NCBI GenBank assembly: GCA_043228905.1
Contig: JBHGNT010000009.1
Span: 10,974,001 to 11,038,000, forward strand
Length of the DNA stretch: 64,000 bases
Reading direction: 5' to 3'
Source of the DNA: Azolla caroliniana
Lineage: Eukaryota > Plantae > Polypodiophyta
Positions 47,361 through 58,511 of this stretch are shown in pieces; the first letter of the stretch is position 1, and each line of letters starts with the position of its first letter. The position numbers and the translations under genes are program-made. A model generated the notes under the pieces. It worked only from the letters and a program-made list of their open reading frames with translations, made no database searches and was not told the DNA's origin.

Positions 47361-50300
47361 ATGGAAGGCGGCGGCAGCGGGCAGCCGGGAATGATGGTGC
47401 TGAATGCGCTGAATTACGCCGACTGGAAGATCAAGATGGAGGATCTTCTGATTGTTCGGGACCTGTACGAACCGATTGACAGGTCGGAAATACCGAAAGG
47501 GGTACTTGAGTCGGAATGGAGGCTTCTGAACCGGAAAGCCGTTGCAACCATTCGGCAATACGTCGACGTGAGCGTTCTACAACAGGTGGCGAACGACACC
47601 AACGCATATGAGATGTGGCGGAAGCTGTCGGGCCTCTATGAGAGGAAGAATGCGTTGAACCGGACCTCCCTGATGAGGAAGATAGTGAATCTCAAGTACC
47701 GGGACGGCGAGAGTATGGTGGAACACGTAAGCACGTTCATGGGATTCGTGAACCAGCTTGCGGCGATCAAGTTCCCGTTGGAGGATGCAATGCAAGCCAT
47801 CATTCTGATGTGTACATTGCCGGAAAGCTGGGAGAACTTGGTGGTGACTCTCAGCACCTCCTGCACCGAAGATAACTTGTCTCTACAAACGGTAAAGACA
47901 AGCATTTTGAACGAAGAAGCGCGTCGGAGAGATAAAGAACCGGCCTCCGACTCGAAGGCGCTGCTTACCGAATCGGAATGGGAAAGACATCGGAACCGGA
48001 GTCCGCAAAGACGGGAGAAGTCGGGGACCCGGTCGCAGTCAAGAGGAAGGCCCACATGCTTCCACTGTGGGAAGACGGGGCACTTCCGGAAGAATTGTCG
48101 GCATTACCGAAAAGACAACGGAGCCGTCGACACCGATTCGAAGAAGTCACCGGAGAGAAACGGTGCATACCGGGGAGCCACGGACCGGAGAGGTCCGGAT
48201 CGGCGAGGGCAGGACCGGAAAGGAACGACGGCACTCGCGGCAAGTGAAGAAGAGATAATGCTCATTACCGAAGAGAGGGAGCTGAACCTTGCCGGTGTAG
48301 AGATGACCTGGGTGGTCGATTCCGGAGCGTCGTTCCACCTGACCCCGGAGAAGAAATACTTCTCATCCTACACAGCCGGTGAGCATGGCTGTGTCCGGAT
48401 GGGAAATGAAGGCACATGCCGGATTGCCGGCATAGGAGACGTGTGGCTGATGACATCAACCGGATGCAAGATGCTGCTGAAGGATGTGCGACACGTTCCG
48501 GAAGTCCGATTGAACCTGATCTCGGCCGGGAGGCTAGATGATGAAGGCTACACGGGTAGCATCCGGAACGGTGTCATGAAGTTCAGCAAGGGGAGCCTGA
48601 TAGTGGCTCGGGCCCGGAAGGTCAACACACTGTACCTGATGAACTCCCGGCTATGTCCGGAAGAGCTGAATGTGGCAGCCGACACTGCCGGTGAGCTGTG
48701 GCACAAAAGACTGTGCCACATGAGTGAGAAGGGGATGAAGAGGCTTGCAGAAGACAACCTTATCCCAGTGAAGCATGTGCACCTGGAAAAGTGCACCGAT
48801 TGCCTGGCCGGTAAGCAGAACCGAACCTCCTTCCACTCAAGGCCACCGACGAGACGTAGCGCACCATTGGAGTTGGTGCACACCGATGTGTGTCAGGTAG
48901 AAACGAAGTCACATGGCGGAGCCCAGTACTTCGTAACATTCATAGATGATCATAGCCGAAGACTGTGGACGGCACCGATGAAGACAAAGGACCAAGTGTT
49001 GTCCGTCTTCAAAGAACTCCACGCGAGAGTGGAAAGAGAATCCGGCAAGAAGCTGAAAGCGATACGAGCGGATAACGGAGGGGAATACCGGGGGCAGTTC
49101 CAGGAGTACTGTCGCTCGAAGGGGATCCGGCTCGAGTTTACTGTGCCGAAGACGCCGGAACTGAACGGGCTGGCCGAGAGGATGAACCGGACCATAATGG
49201 AGAGGGTCCGGAGTATGCTGGCGCATGCGAAATTACCCAAGGGGTTTTGGGCTGAGGCAATGTCGACGGCGACGTATGTGATAAATAGATCACCCTCAGT
49301 ACCTTTGGACGGAGACACGCCGCAGAAAGTGTGGACCGGTAAGGAAGTGTCCTACCGGCATCTGAAGGTGTTCGGGTGTCTCGCATACGTGCATGTGGCA
49401 AAGGACCGGAGAGGAAAGCTAGATCCAAAGACCCGGCCATGCATATTCCTCGGTTACGGCGACGACGAGTTCGGCTACCGAGTATGGGACCCGGTCGACA
49501 AGAAGATATTCAGGAGTCGAGATATCATCTTCATGGAGAACAAGACACTCGCCGACTGGGAGTCGGAGAAGAAGATGAAGAGCTCCAAGTCGACCGGTGA
49601 GGATCAACTCTACGAGGAGCAGTCCCGACCGGCAAGGGACCGGTTAGCTCTCGAGGATCCGGCCGAAGACGGTGAAGAAACAGAACCGGCCGAAGAAGAT
49701 GAAAATGATACCGGAACCGGCCCCGATCCCGAAATGGATTCGGATGAAGAAGAATCGGAAGAACCGGTTACCGAAGCTCCGGAACGGAGATATCCTCTAA
49801 GAGAGAGAAGGGCCCCCCGGAGATTTCCGGAACCAGAGCACGTGCTGCTAACCGACGAGGGGGAGCCGGAGAGCTTTGAAGAAGCAAAGCATGACACCCA
49901 GAGCCGCAGGTGGTTGAGTGCCATGCAGGACGAGATGGATTCCCTGCATGAGAACCACACATATGAACTTGTGGAGTTGCCGAAAGGAAAGCGGGCACTT
50001 CGAAACAAGTGGGTGTTCAAGCTGAAACCGGGAGATGCCGGAAACCCCCCGAGATACAAAGCCAGGATCGTGGTGAAGGGGTTTCAGCAGAAGAAGGGCG
50101 TCGACTTCGACGAGATATTTGCCCCGGTAGTGAAGATGACCTCCATCCGGACGGTGCTGAGCATAGCGGCAAGCATGGACCTCGAGGTAGAACAGATGGA
50201 CGTGAAGACGGCATTCCTTCACGGTGACCTCGAAGAAGAGATCTACATGCAGCAACCGGAAGGATTCGAGAAGAAAGGGAAGGAGCACCTGGTATGCCGG

Positions 50301-51434
50301 TTGAAGAAGAGCCTTTACGGACTGAAGCAGGCTCCCCGGCAATGGTACCGGAAGTTCGACTCCTTCATGACCGACGAAGGGTACCACAAAACGCAGTCCG
50401 ATCACTGCGTGTTTGTGAAGAAGTTCGAAGGAGGAGACTTTCTAATACTCCTCCTATACGTGGACGACATGTTGATCGTCGGACGGGACCAGGTCAAGAT
50501 ACGGATGCTGAAGAAGGCTCTTCACCGAACCTTCTCAATGAAGGACCTGGGTCCGGCGAGGCAAATACTAGGGATGCACATCATCCGGGACCGGAAGAAG
50601 AAGCAGTTGTGGCTGTCACAGGAGAAGTACGTGACAAAGGTGCTTCACCGGTTCAACATGTCGGAAGCAAGACCGGTCGGGTCAACCCTCCCGGCAAACT
50701 GCAAGTTGTCCAGCAAGCAGAGCCCCAAGACAAAGGCTGAGAAGGAGGACATGATGAAAGTACCATATGCCTCTGCCGTCGGAAGCTTGATGTACGCAAT
50801 GGTGTGTACAAGACCGGACATAGGATACGCAGTCGGAGTGGTGAGCCGGTACATGAGCAATCCCGGCAAAGACCACTGGAACGCGGTCAAGTGGATACTC
50901 CGATACCTGAAGGGCACGGCAAACGTGTGCCTCCGATTCGGCTCCGGTAAGCCCGAACTCGACGGCTTTACCGATTCGGATATGTCGGCTGATGAAGATA
51001 CCAGCCGGTCCACATCAGGGTATGTGATGACGTATGCAGGGGGAGCTGTTTCGTGGCAGTCGAGGCTGCAGAAGACGGTTGCGTTGTCAACCACGGAGGC
51101 GGAGTACATGGCGGCTGTTGAAGCCGGCAAGGAAATAATATGGATGAAGGACTTCATTAGAGAGCTCGGTATCCGGCAAGAGGAGTACCGACTCTACTGC
51201 GACAGTCAGAGTGCCATCCACCTTGCGAAGAACGCGGCCTATCACTCCCGGACGAAGCACATCCAGCGAAGATATCACTGGATCCGGGAAAGGATAGAAG
51301 ACCAGGAGTTCATGCTGACGAAGATCCACACGGAAGAGAACGGGTCAGATATGCTGACCAAAGTGCTCACACCCGACAAGCTGGAAGCGTGCTGGAAGAG
51401 GGTCGGATTGGAGAGACATCCCATGCCGAAGTGA
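47361..51434 (+). CDS. Complete copia Gag-Pol polyprotein (gag, CCHC, protease, integrase, RT, RNase H)
   Basis: Uninterrupted ~1357 aa: CFHCGKTGHFRKNC, VDSGAS, HKRLCH..CTDC, D-D-E core, YVDD, FTDSD, TEAEY, TKHI. Confidence 0.97.
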   Translation: MEGGGSGQPGMMVLNALNYADWKIKMEDLLIVRDLYEPIDRSEIPKGVLESEWRLLNRKAVATIRQYVDVSVLQQVANDTNAYEMWRKLSGLYERKNALNRTSLMRKIVNLKYRDGESMVEHVSTFMGFVNQLAAIKFPLEDAMQAIILMCTLPESWENLVVTLSTSCTEDNLSLQTVKTSILNEEARRRDKEPASDSKALLTESEWERHRNRSPQRREKSGTRSQSRGRPTCFHCGKTGHFRKNCRHYRKDNGAVDTDSKKSPERNGAYRGATDRRGPDRRGQDRKGTTALAASEEEIMLITEERELNLAGVEMTWVVDSGASFHLTPEKKYFSSYTAGEHGCVRMGNEGTCRIAGIGDVWLMTSTGCKMLLKDVRHVPEVRLNLISAGRLDDEGYTGSIRNGVMKFSKGSLIVARARKVNTLYLMNSRLCPEELNVAADTAGELWHKRLCHMSEKGMKRLAEDNLIPVKHVHLEKCTDCLAGKQNRTSFHSRPPTRRSAPLELVHTDVCQVETKSHGGAQYFVTFIDDHSRRLWTAPMKTKDQVLSVFKELHARVERESGKKLKAIRADNGGEYRGQFQEYCRSKGIRLEFTVPKTPELNGLAERMNRTIMERVRSMLAHAKLPKGFWAEAMSTATYVINRSPSVPLDGDTPQKVWTGKEVSYRHLKVFGCLAYVHVAKDRRGKLDPKTRPCIFLGYGDDEFGYRVWDPVDKKIFRSRDIIFMENKTLADWESEKKMKSSKSTGEDQLYEEQSRPARDRLALEDPAEDGEETEPAEEDENDTGTGPDPEMDSDEEESEEPVTEAPERRYPLRERRAPRRFPEPEHVLLTDEGEPESFEEAKHDTQSRRWLSAMQDEMDSLHENHTYELVELPKGKRALRNKWVFKLKPGDAGNPPRYKARIVVKGFQQKKGVDFDEIFAPVVKMTSIRTVLSIAASMDLEVEQMDVKTAFLHGDLEEEIYMQQPEGFEKKGKEHLVCRLKKSLYGLKQAPRQWYRKFDSFMTDEGYHKTQSDHCVFVKKFEGGDFLILLLYVDDMLIVGRDQVKIRMLKKALHRTFSMKDLGPARQILGMHIIRDRKKKQLWLSQEKYVTKVLHRFNMSEARPVGSTLPANCKLSSKQSPKTKAEKEDMMKVPYASAVGSLMYAMVCTRPDIGYAVGVVSRYMSNPGKDHWNAVKWILRYLKGTANVCLRFGSGKPELDGFTDSDMSADEDTSRSTSGYVMTYAGGAVSWQSRLQKTVALSTTEAEYMAAVEAGKEIIWMKDFIRELGIRQEEYRLYCDSQSAIHLAKNAAYHSRTKHIQRRYHWIRERIEDQEFMLTKIHTEENGSDMLTKVLTPDKLEACWKRVGLERHPMPK

Positions 51435-52221
51435 AGGGGGAGTTTGTTGGGATTTCGGTCCCTCCGGATGGGATGTCCGGAGATGAATGACGGCAAGCCC
51501 GGTTGCGGTTACGGTGCCGGATGATGAAGACCCCGGCTACGGAGCCGGATGATGAAGACCCCGGTTACGGTGCCGGATGATGAAGACCCCGGCTACGGAG
51601 CCGGATGATGAAGACCCCGGCTACAGTGCCGGATGATGAAGACCCCGGCTACGGAGCCGGATGATGAATACCCCGGCTACGGAGCCGGATGCTGAAGACC
51701 CCGGTTACGGAGCCGGATGACGAATGTACCCGGAGGGAGATCCGGATGCGGGGACATATTTGTGAATATGTTTGCCAAGAGCCCTTGAGGCTATATTTGT
51801 AAATAGCCCGAAAGTCATATGTGTATAAATATGACTTAGGGCAAACAGTTTATGTTGCTGCTTATTTTTCTGTTTTTCCACTCAAGGGGAGTGAAGAGAG
51901 AGTAGCCGTGAGAGAGAGAGAGAGATAGAGCGCGAGAGACGAAGAGGTAGACGCCTCTGTGTATTTCCGCCGCCTGTGGCGAGGACAGCGAGCTCAAGGT
52001 CGTCGCCTTGCAGCTCGCCATTGTATACTTCTCTGTATAGTGTTTGGTTTGGAGTCTTGTACTCCCGTGGTTTTTCCCGTTTAGGGTTTTCCACGTTAAT
52101 CCCTGTGTACTCGCGTTTTTTTTTGTTTCTCCGTGTGATTCCTATTTTTCTGCTCCATTGATCCGCGATTAATCGGTTGTGGCCGACCGAAGAAGGTGAA
52201 TAGAAGGTTCGATTCTCAACA

Positions 52222-52560
52222 CAAGGTTTACACACGGGAGAAACAATTTCAAATGCCTTTGTGAAAGGAGAGGTGCATGGGCAAGCCTGAACGCTCCCTT
52301 GCCACAAGTTGCACGAACACACAAGCAAGATTTACACTAACACGCAAGACATGTAAGTTTGAATGCCTTTGTGAAAGGAGAGGTGCATGGGCAAGCCCGA
52401 AATGCTCCTTGTCACAAGACACACAAGCAAATAAGCACAAATGACGATAACATATAAGACATGTAGGTTTGAATGCCTTTGTGAAAGGAGAGGTGCATGG
52501 GCAAGCCCGAAATACTCACTTGTCACACAGAAACAAATAAGCACAAATGACGATAACAAA
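52222..52560 (+). repeat. Continuation of the 104-bp array (more degenerate units)
   Basis: Same core motif at ~52256, 52365 and 52475. Confidence 0.88.
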
Positions 52561-53010
52561 TAAGCACAATCAAGATTTACACATAAGACAAGTAGATGAA
52601 AGAAAACATTAGTTTATATCAATATAATAGATTCTTTTATAATATAAGAATCATGTTACAATGGGTTGGATGCGAATATAAAGGATTGTTTATAAATGAA
52701 TGGGGGAAGAGAGGTGGAGGAAAGAAGAGAGTGGAGTATTAGCCTTTCCACTTTTTGTTGCATGGCCTCTACTTTTAGTTTCCTAGCTTTTTCTTTTAGT
52801 TGCATGTGACCGTCCACATGACCTTTACTTTTTGCATGCACTCCAACTTTAGTTGCTTGCGTCCACATGGCCTTTACTTTAGTTCTCTTCACTTTACTTT
52901 AGTTTGCTGCATGTTCCAATCTTCCGTCCGTCCGCGTCCAACCTCGTCCGGTAGCCGGTTCCGGTTTTGCTTACCGGCCGGTTTCCGGTTTGCATATCGG
53001 CCGGTTCCGG

Positions 53011-53027
53011 TCCCGGTAATGGAACCA
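53011..53027 (-). promoter_or_regulatory. Possible PBS (tRNA-Glu type)
   Basis: TCCCGGTAATGGAACCA resembles the plant tRNA-Glu 3' end TCCCGGCAACGGAACCA (from memory); 8 nt from an LTR terminus. Confidence 0.5.
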
Positions 53028-53509
53028 ACCAAAGATATCGCGAAAATACGGCGAGGATACGTGAACGTTGAGGCAGGACCCCGGGGCCTCCGACCGGAAG
53101 ATATTCACATTCGTGCGTTTATATTAAACAATTAATACAAAATGATAAAGATTCACAAATTTCATTAATAAAGGGAAAGAAAGATTATAATCAATCTCAA
53201 GATTGAGATTACAAAAGTTTTATCTTAAGGAGATTGCTAGAATAATAGATTAGAAGAAACTAAGATATGGATTCCATAGAGATTTAGGGTTCTTGGCTTT
53301 GATAAGAAAGAAAGAAAAGAAAGAAAGATATATTAACGTCTTCTAAGGCCAAATTTGGCCCATGAGACAATTGGTTTATAACAAAAGAGTATTTATCCAG
53401 TCATCATAACTAAAATAAAATTAAGTAAAAAATAGAACTTAAACTAAAAGAGTTCTAGTAGTGTACAATATGTAGTATACTCGAAAGTGACTATACACTA
53501 AGCCTAATT

Positions 53510-56500
53510 TTATTTCCACCCAAGCCTCTCGAAAAGAAGTGGGGGGTCAAAGGGTCTTGATGTGGGTTCCAATGTAGAGAGTGCCCTAGTCATGGCTTCT
53601 AGGCGGTGTAGCTCACGTTCCCTTATTTTCAATATTGCTTCCACATCACGTCGAGTTGCTTTGAAACCCGGCACCCGAGGACGTCTGGTTCTTCTCTGGT
53701 TTTCTGCCTCATCAATGGAAAGGCCGAGTGGTGCAAGTGTGTCGGCATTCGTTGTCTCCTCATGTTCCTGAAAAACTTCATTTGTTACATGTTCGTGATC
53801 ATTAGCAACATTATTGTCAACATTTTGTAACTTATTCTCTCTGTGTTGTTTTAGCTCTAGAATGTATTTGCCTAATTTCTTTATATCTAGAGTATCTAAT
53901 AGTTTGGGGAGGGTGGGAGACAAACCAAGTATGTCTTGGTATTTTGCCCTTATCTCGGCATAGGTTGGACACTTGCATGTAAAGTGGTACTCATCCTCTA
54001 TCTCTATGTGACATAACCTACATATCCTTTCCTCCCTAGGGACTCCACTAGTACGGCCATTCTCAATCTCAAGTTGATGAGATGATATTCTAAGTTGTCC
54101 AATGGCAACCCTTAGTGCATGTGGTAAGAATACATCTCGATATTTTGGCCGCGTGATAAAACCTAACTCAGAGAAGTGCATGAAGTGTTTCTTATAGTAC
54201 AACATTTTAGATGGGAGTGGCTCTAGTGGGGTGATCCATTTACACCAAGTGTAAATTTGCCATATTTCTTGGCGTATTACTTTATTGCGGTCCTCATGAG
54301 AGATTAAAGTATTATCACTCGTGTGGTTGTACCTAAGGGGAGGTAGGTTATTAATGTCTAGACCATTCGCAAGAAGCCAACTCACCATCATGCCATACCA
54401 TGAGCTAGTATAGCCGGACTCATACAATGATCGAGAGGCCTTAAAGGCTTGATGAGATATTCTATCATGTGGTTGGCTATGTATCCTGTGAATGAAGACT
54501 ACAAGTTGAAAAAGTGCCTCTACTAACATTGGGGGTAACGTGAACTCAACCCTAATAATGTCATGTGGTACAGTTGATTTGCTTCGGAGTTGGCGTGATA
54601 GCATCATCACCAATGGTCTCTCTAATTGTGTCCACATGAAAGATGGTAATCCTGGAGCCCAAACCGCTGATGCATACATGAGGGAGAGGGTCACTAATGA
54701 GTCAAAGAACCACCCTTTAGTCCGTGGCTCTTGAAAGTGTGCTTGGTGGCATTGTCTCTCTAGGAGTGAGAGGGATGCATGTCCTCTCGTGAGTTTATCC
54801 TTCGCTGCCTGTGTCATCGAAAATTTACCTGAGCGGGCACTAAAAGTGACTCCGAGATAGACGTATGATCCAACCACCTCGACTAGGCTATGGGAGATAG
54901 TTAGGTGACACTTAGCTCTAACTTGGGCCGATGTGTGGAAGATAAGGACTTTCGTTTTCCCTAGATTCACTACCAATCCTCGTTGTACACAAAAGTCATC
55001 TAAGGCATTAAGGTGCCTTTGTAGGTCGTGTTCGGATTCAGAGAGCAAAACTATGTCATCCGCATAGAGCAAGATACGAACCTGCGTATCCCCAAGGACC
55101 ACTCCGGTGCCTCCCTCACGAGCAATAAAATTTGGGATCTCATCAATGTAGATCCCAAAAAGCGTCGGTGATAGGGGGCAACCTTGTTTTACACCAATAG
55201 TGCTAGTGAAACGATTAGATAGGCCACCTAGGCATTGGACACACCCGGACACTTGTTCATATAGTGCGTAGATGGCCCATACCATATCATCTGGTATCCT
55301 CAAGCTTTTAAGTCTATCAAACAACCGCTCTCTAGGGACTGTGTCAAAGGCTTTGCGGAAGTCCACAAAACAGCAGTATAATTTCTTCTTGCGAGCCTTA
55401 GTTTGGTCAATTAGGCATCTAAGTGTGAAGATATGATCAATAGTGGAGAAGGCTCGTCTAAAGCCAGCTTGTTCAGGTGCACGAAGGTTTAGGGTCTCCA
55501 TATAGTCGCTAAGCTCTGCTTCCATTACTGCACCATATAACTTAGCAAGGGTATGGCCTATCATAATGGTCCTATATGTATTTGGGTCCATGGGGTCCCC
55601 CCCTTTATGTATGGGGGCCACTGTATTCATAGTCCACTGTGGTGGAAAACCCTCCGCAAGGGCACGATTGAAGATTAGAGTTAGCAAGGGAGCTAGGCAC
55701 TCTCTCGCATATATAATGTGTTCTGCTCGCAATCCTATGTGGTCCATGGACTTCCTATGTTGTAATTTCTTTATTACCTTCACGACCCTAGAGGTCGTGA
55801 AAAGTGTCCCCGTGGTAGGCCGGGGTGTGGAAGGCATTGGAATGCGTGGTTGGTTTGGGATTTGGTAAAGTCTCTCTGTATATGTGTGCCAAGTTTTGGG
55901 ATCTTCGATGGGTGTTTGTGGTCTTGGCTCCCGTAGTCTCTTCCATGCCGTGGCGCAATCGCTACTCATGAGCATATGGTAGAGTTCCCAGTATTAGGAT
56001 GCCTCCCACGCTCGTCTCTTACGACGTGTCATCTTACGCATTTCTTTGCGGGCTTGTATGGAGGTAATACTACCATTGAGTTGCGATACTGTAAGTTGTC
56101 TATGTAAGTCCCTACAATCCTCGTCATACCATTTATTTTGTGGCATTGATCCTGATCTACCTTGATTTGAGTGTTTTGTATATGGGAAACTGCTAGCTGC
56201 TGCGGAGTGAAGGATGTGTGTGAGTTTTGTACTAAGGCTTTCTAACGGTAGGGAGGGATCAAGGGAGGGGAGATGGGCCTGAACATGTTGAGAGTATATG
56301 TCAGAGAACTCATGTGTGAAATGTATTGTGGTGTGATGGCATGGTTGACTAGACTTTGTGACCTTAGAGATATCACATTTTAGCTCGAAGTATAAGAAAC
56401 TATGGTCTGCGCCAATAGGGCATGGGGCCACTCGGAAGGAGTTAATCATGTGGGTAGCTTCAGGGCGCCCTATTAGATAGTCAACTGTGCTTTCCCCTCC

Positions 56501-57241
56501 TCCATGTGGGAAACATGTGAGCTCTTCCGAGCCCGGCCACTTAGCTAAACCATTATATATGACCATCTGGTGCCGACTGCCAAGTTCGAGCAGATGATGG
56601 CCAAAGCTCGTGGCGTCCGCACCTTGATCCTTTGATCTACGTGTGGTGCCTATGTCTAAAGGATCAACATTTACCATTTCTAGGTTTCTATTCATCTGAA
56701 ATACTGTGCATTGTCGGGATTGGGTTCTCGCATTGAAGTCTCCTACAATAAATACTTCTCCTTGGGAAGAATATCGGATTATGTCATCCAATAGGGGTTC
56801 GTATGGAGAAGGCCCATGTGGCATTCCTTCATCGACTAATCTCATCAAGCCACCAATATTATAACGGGATCCTTTTGGGGGAAAGTAACAAATGGCGAAA
56901 AATACTTCCTAGTCTTTGCTTGTGGAGACTTTCACCCACATAAAATGAGCTTATGGGTCTATCTTCATTATTTCTATCCTATTATGTAGCTCTCTACGAA
57001 ACAGTATCGCGACACCTCCAGATCCCCTAGTAGTGTGTCGACGTGAGGTTTGTCTAAAAGCGGACTCCCAACGGAATCCTTCGACCCGTGGGAGTCCTCT
57101 ATTTGGGCTCTGATGTGTTTCTACCAAGAAAAGTATATCAGATACCTTTAGTATCTCCTCTAGGCGGCCGGGGTGTGCCCAGAGTGCGCCATTACAATTC
57201 CATAGGGTCATCCTAAGTGCATTTTCTGTCACATGGGCCAC
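53510..57241 (-). pseudogene. LINE ORF2: APE endonuclease, reverse transcriptase, C-terminal zinc finger
   Basis: LWNCNG, LVETH, VGDFNAR, TVDYL, ADH; QAGFR, FVDFRKAFD, VKQGCPLSPTLF, LYADD; LRISSHQLEIENGR..CRLC..EDEYHFTCKC; a few stops in the N-terminal part; 821-aa RT ORF 53510-55975 is open. Confidence 0.92.
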
Positions 57242-57247
57242 ACGCCG

Positions 57248-58060
57248 TCAATTAGTAGTGCGATCATTTATGATCACTCGCCCGTCTCGGTAAAAGGCGC
57301 GATGGCCTTCTTTACGAGCTTGCATAACTTGTGGCATACAACTCTTGCGATGCTCAATTTGCATCTTAGTGAGGTCTTCATCGAGATAGATGGGGTCCCC
57401 ATCCATTCCTCGAAGGATTGGTCTCTTCTTAAAGAAAGTGATTCTAGAGTCTAAGTCTTTAAATTGAAGAACTAAGGCTCTCTTCCTAGTTGTGTCACGC
57501 CCGGCCCTCCATGCTTTGGTGATAGGTAGGGCCTCTATGTACCCTAACATTTTCCCAAGTGTTTGTGTGTCCTCATTTGGGGATGCACCTTCCTTGAGCC
57601 CAGTGACACGTACATTTAAGCGTCGGGCCTGGCGCATTTTCTCTTCTTCAAGGGTGGTATTAACAATATTTTCATCTTTTATTTCTTTTTTAATGTTTCT
57701 TTTAACCACATCTACCCAACCCGTTTTAGCTAACTCTATGTTATTATTAACTTCCTCTTTAACTTTTTTAATTTCTTCCTTTATATCCTCTATAGAGGAT
57801 ATTTCACCGTCTTCTCGAGATACCTCGATGTCCTTAAGTTGTTTTTTAAGGTTGGTGTTTTCTACTTTAAGTTGTTCTATTTCGGCCTTGAGGGCGTCTT
57901 TTTCCTCTCTATCTTTTTTATTGTGGGTTTCGGTGTCTTTCACCCATTTTTTCATATCCATCTCTATTTTTGTTAAACGATTAAACATATCTAAAAAGTC
58001 CTCCTTACTTATAGCCTCGTCTTGTATATCCTTATGTTCCTTAGTTCGTTTAGACGTCAT
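57248..58060 (-). CDS. LINE ORF1 protein (coiled coil plus L1-type RRM/CTD)
   Basis: Heptad-rich N-terminal half; RRLNVRVTGL, LVLQF, IYLDEDLT motifs; directly upstream of ORF2. Confidence 0.88.
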   Translation of the reverse strand: MTSKRTKEHKDIQDEAISKEDFLDMFNRLTKIEMDMKKWVKDTETHNKKDREEKDALKAEIEQLKVENTNLKKQLKDIEVSREDGEISSIEDIKEEIKKVKEEVNNNIELAKTGWVDVVKRNIKKEIKDENIVNTTLEEEKMRQARRLNVRVTGLKEGASPNEDTQTLGKMLGYIEALPITKAWRAGRDTTRKRALVLQFKDLDSRITFFKKRPILRGMDGDPIYLDEDLTKMQIEHRKSCMPQVMQARKEGHRAFYRDGRVIINDRTTN

Positions 58061-58474
58061 TGTGGTGTCAATAAGAAAAAAATGTAAAATAAATGGGTTC
58101 GAGACTTAGCCGAGTTTGTGTGTATGTCGCAATCACATCGGCAATTTGTAGCACGCGACGAGCACACCAAAAGAACCCACCCACGAACTCGTCAAGAAAA
58201 TGGCACTTCACAACGTCAAGAGAAAACGGAGAAGAAACACCCCGTGACGGCGACGGTGACGACGGCGGTCGTCAAACGACGGCAGACGATGGCAGCAAAC
58301 GGCAAACGACGGCAAACAGCTGCAAACGGCAGAAGATGGCTGCAAACGGCTGCAAACGGCGATGGCCGCAGACAGCGGTAGTCGTCGGACAACGACAGCA
58401 ACAGACGACGGCAACAACGACGACACTAACCGGTGACAGCAACGGGAGAGAGAGCCGTTACACAGAGGCGAGGA

Positions 58475-58511
<37 letters not shown>

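Larger units (their letters stand above)
46554..52221 (+). mobile_element. Intact young Tnt1/Tork-like copia element F
   Basis: 777-bp LTRs 46554-47330 and 51445-52221 (3 visible mismatches); TSD CAAGG/CAAGG; PBS TGGTATCAGAGC at 47334; PPT ~51432-51443. Confidence 0.97.
40265..53010 (-). mobile_element. Decayed gag-only TGTCG-family element I (internal 40265-45791 interrupted by H; 5' LTR from 45792 interrupted by F)
   Basis: PBS 45766-45783 (tRNA-Trp type); gag fragments homologous to the H ORF; no pol motifs between gag and 3' UTR. Confidence 0.78.
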
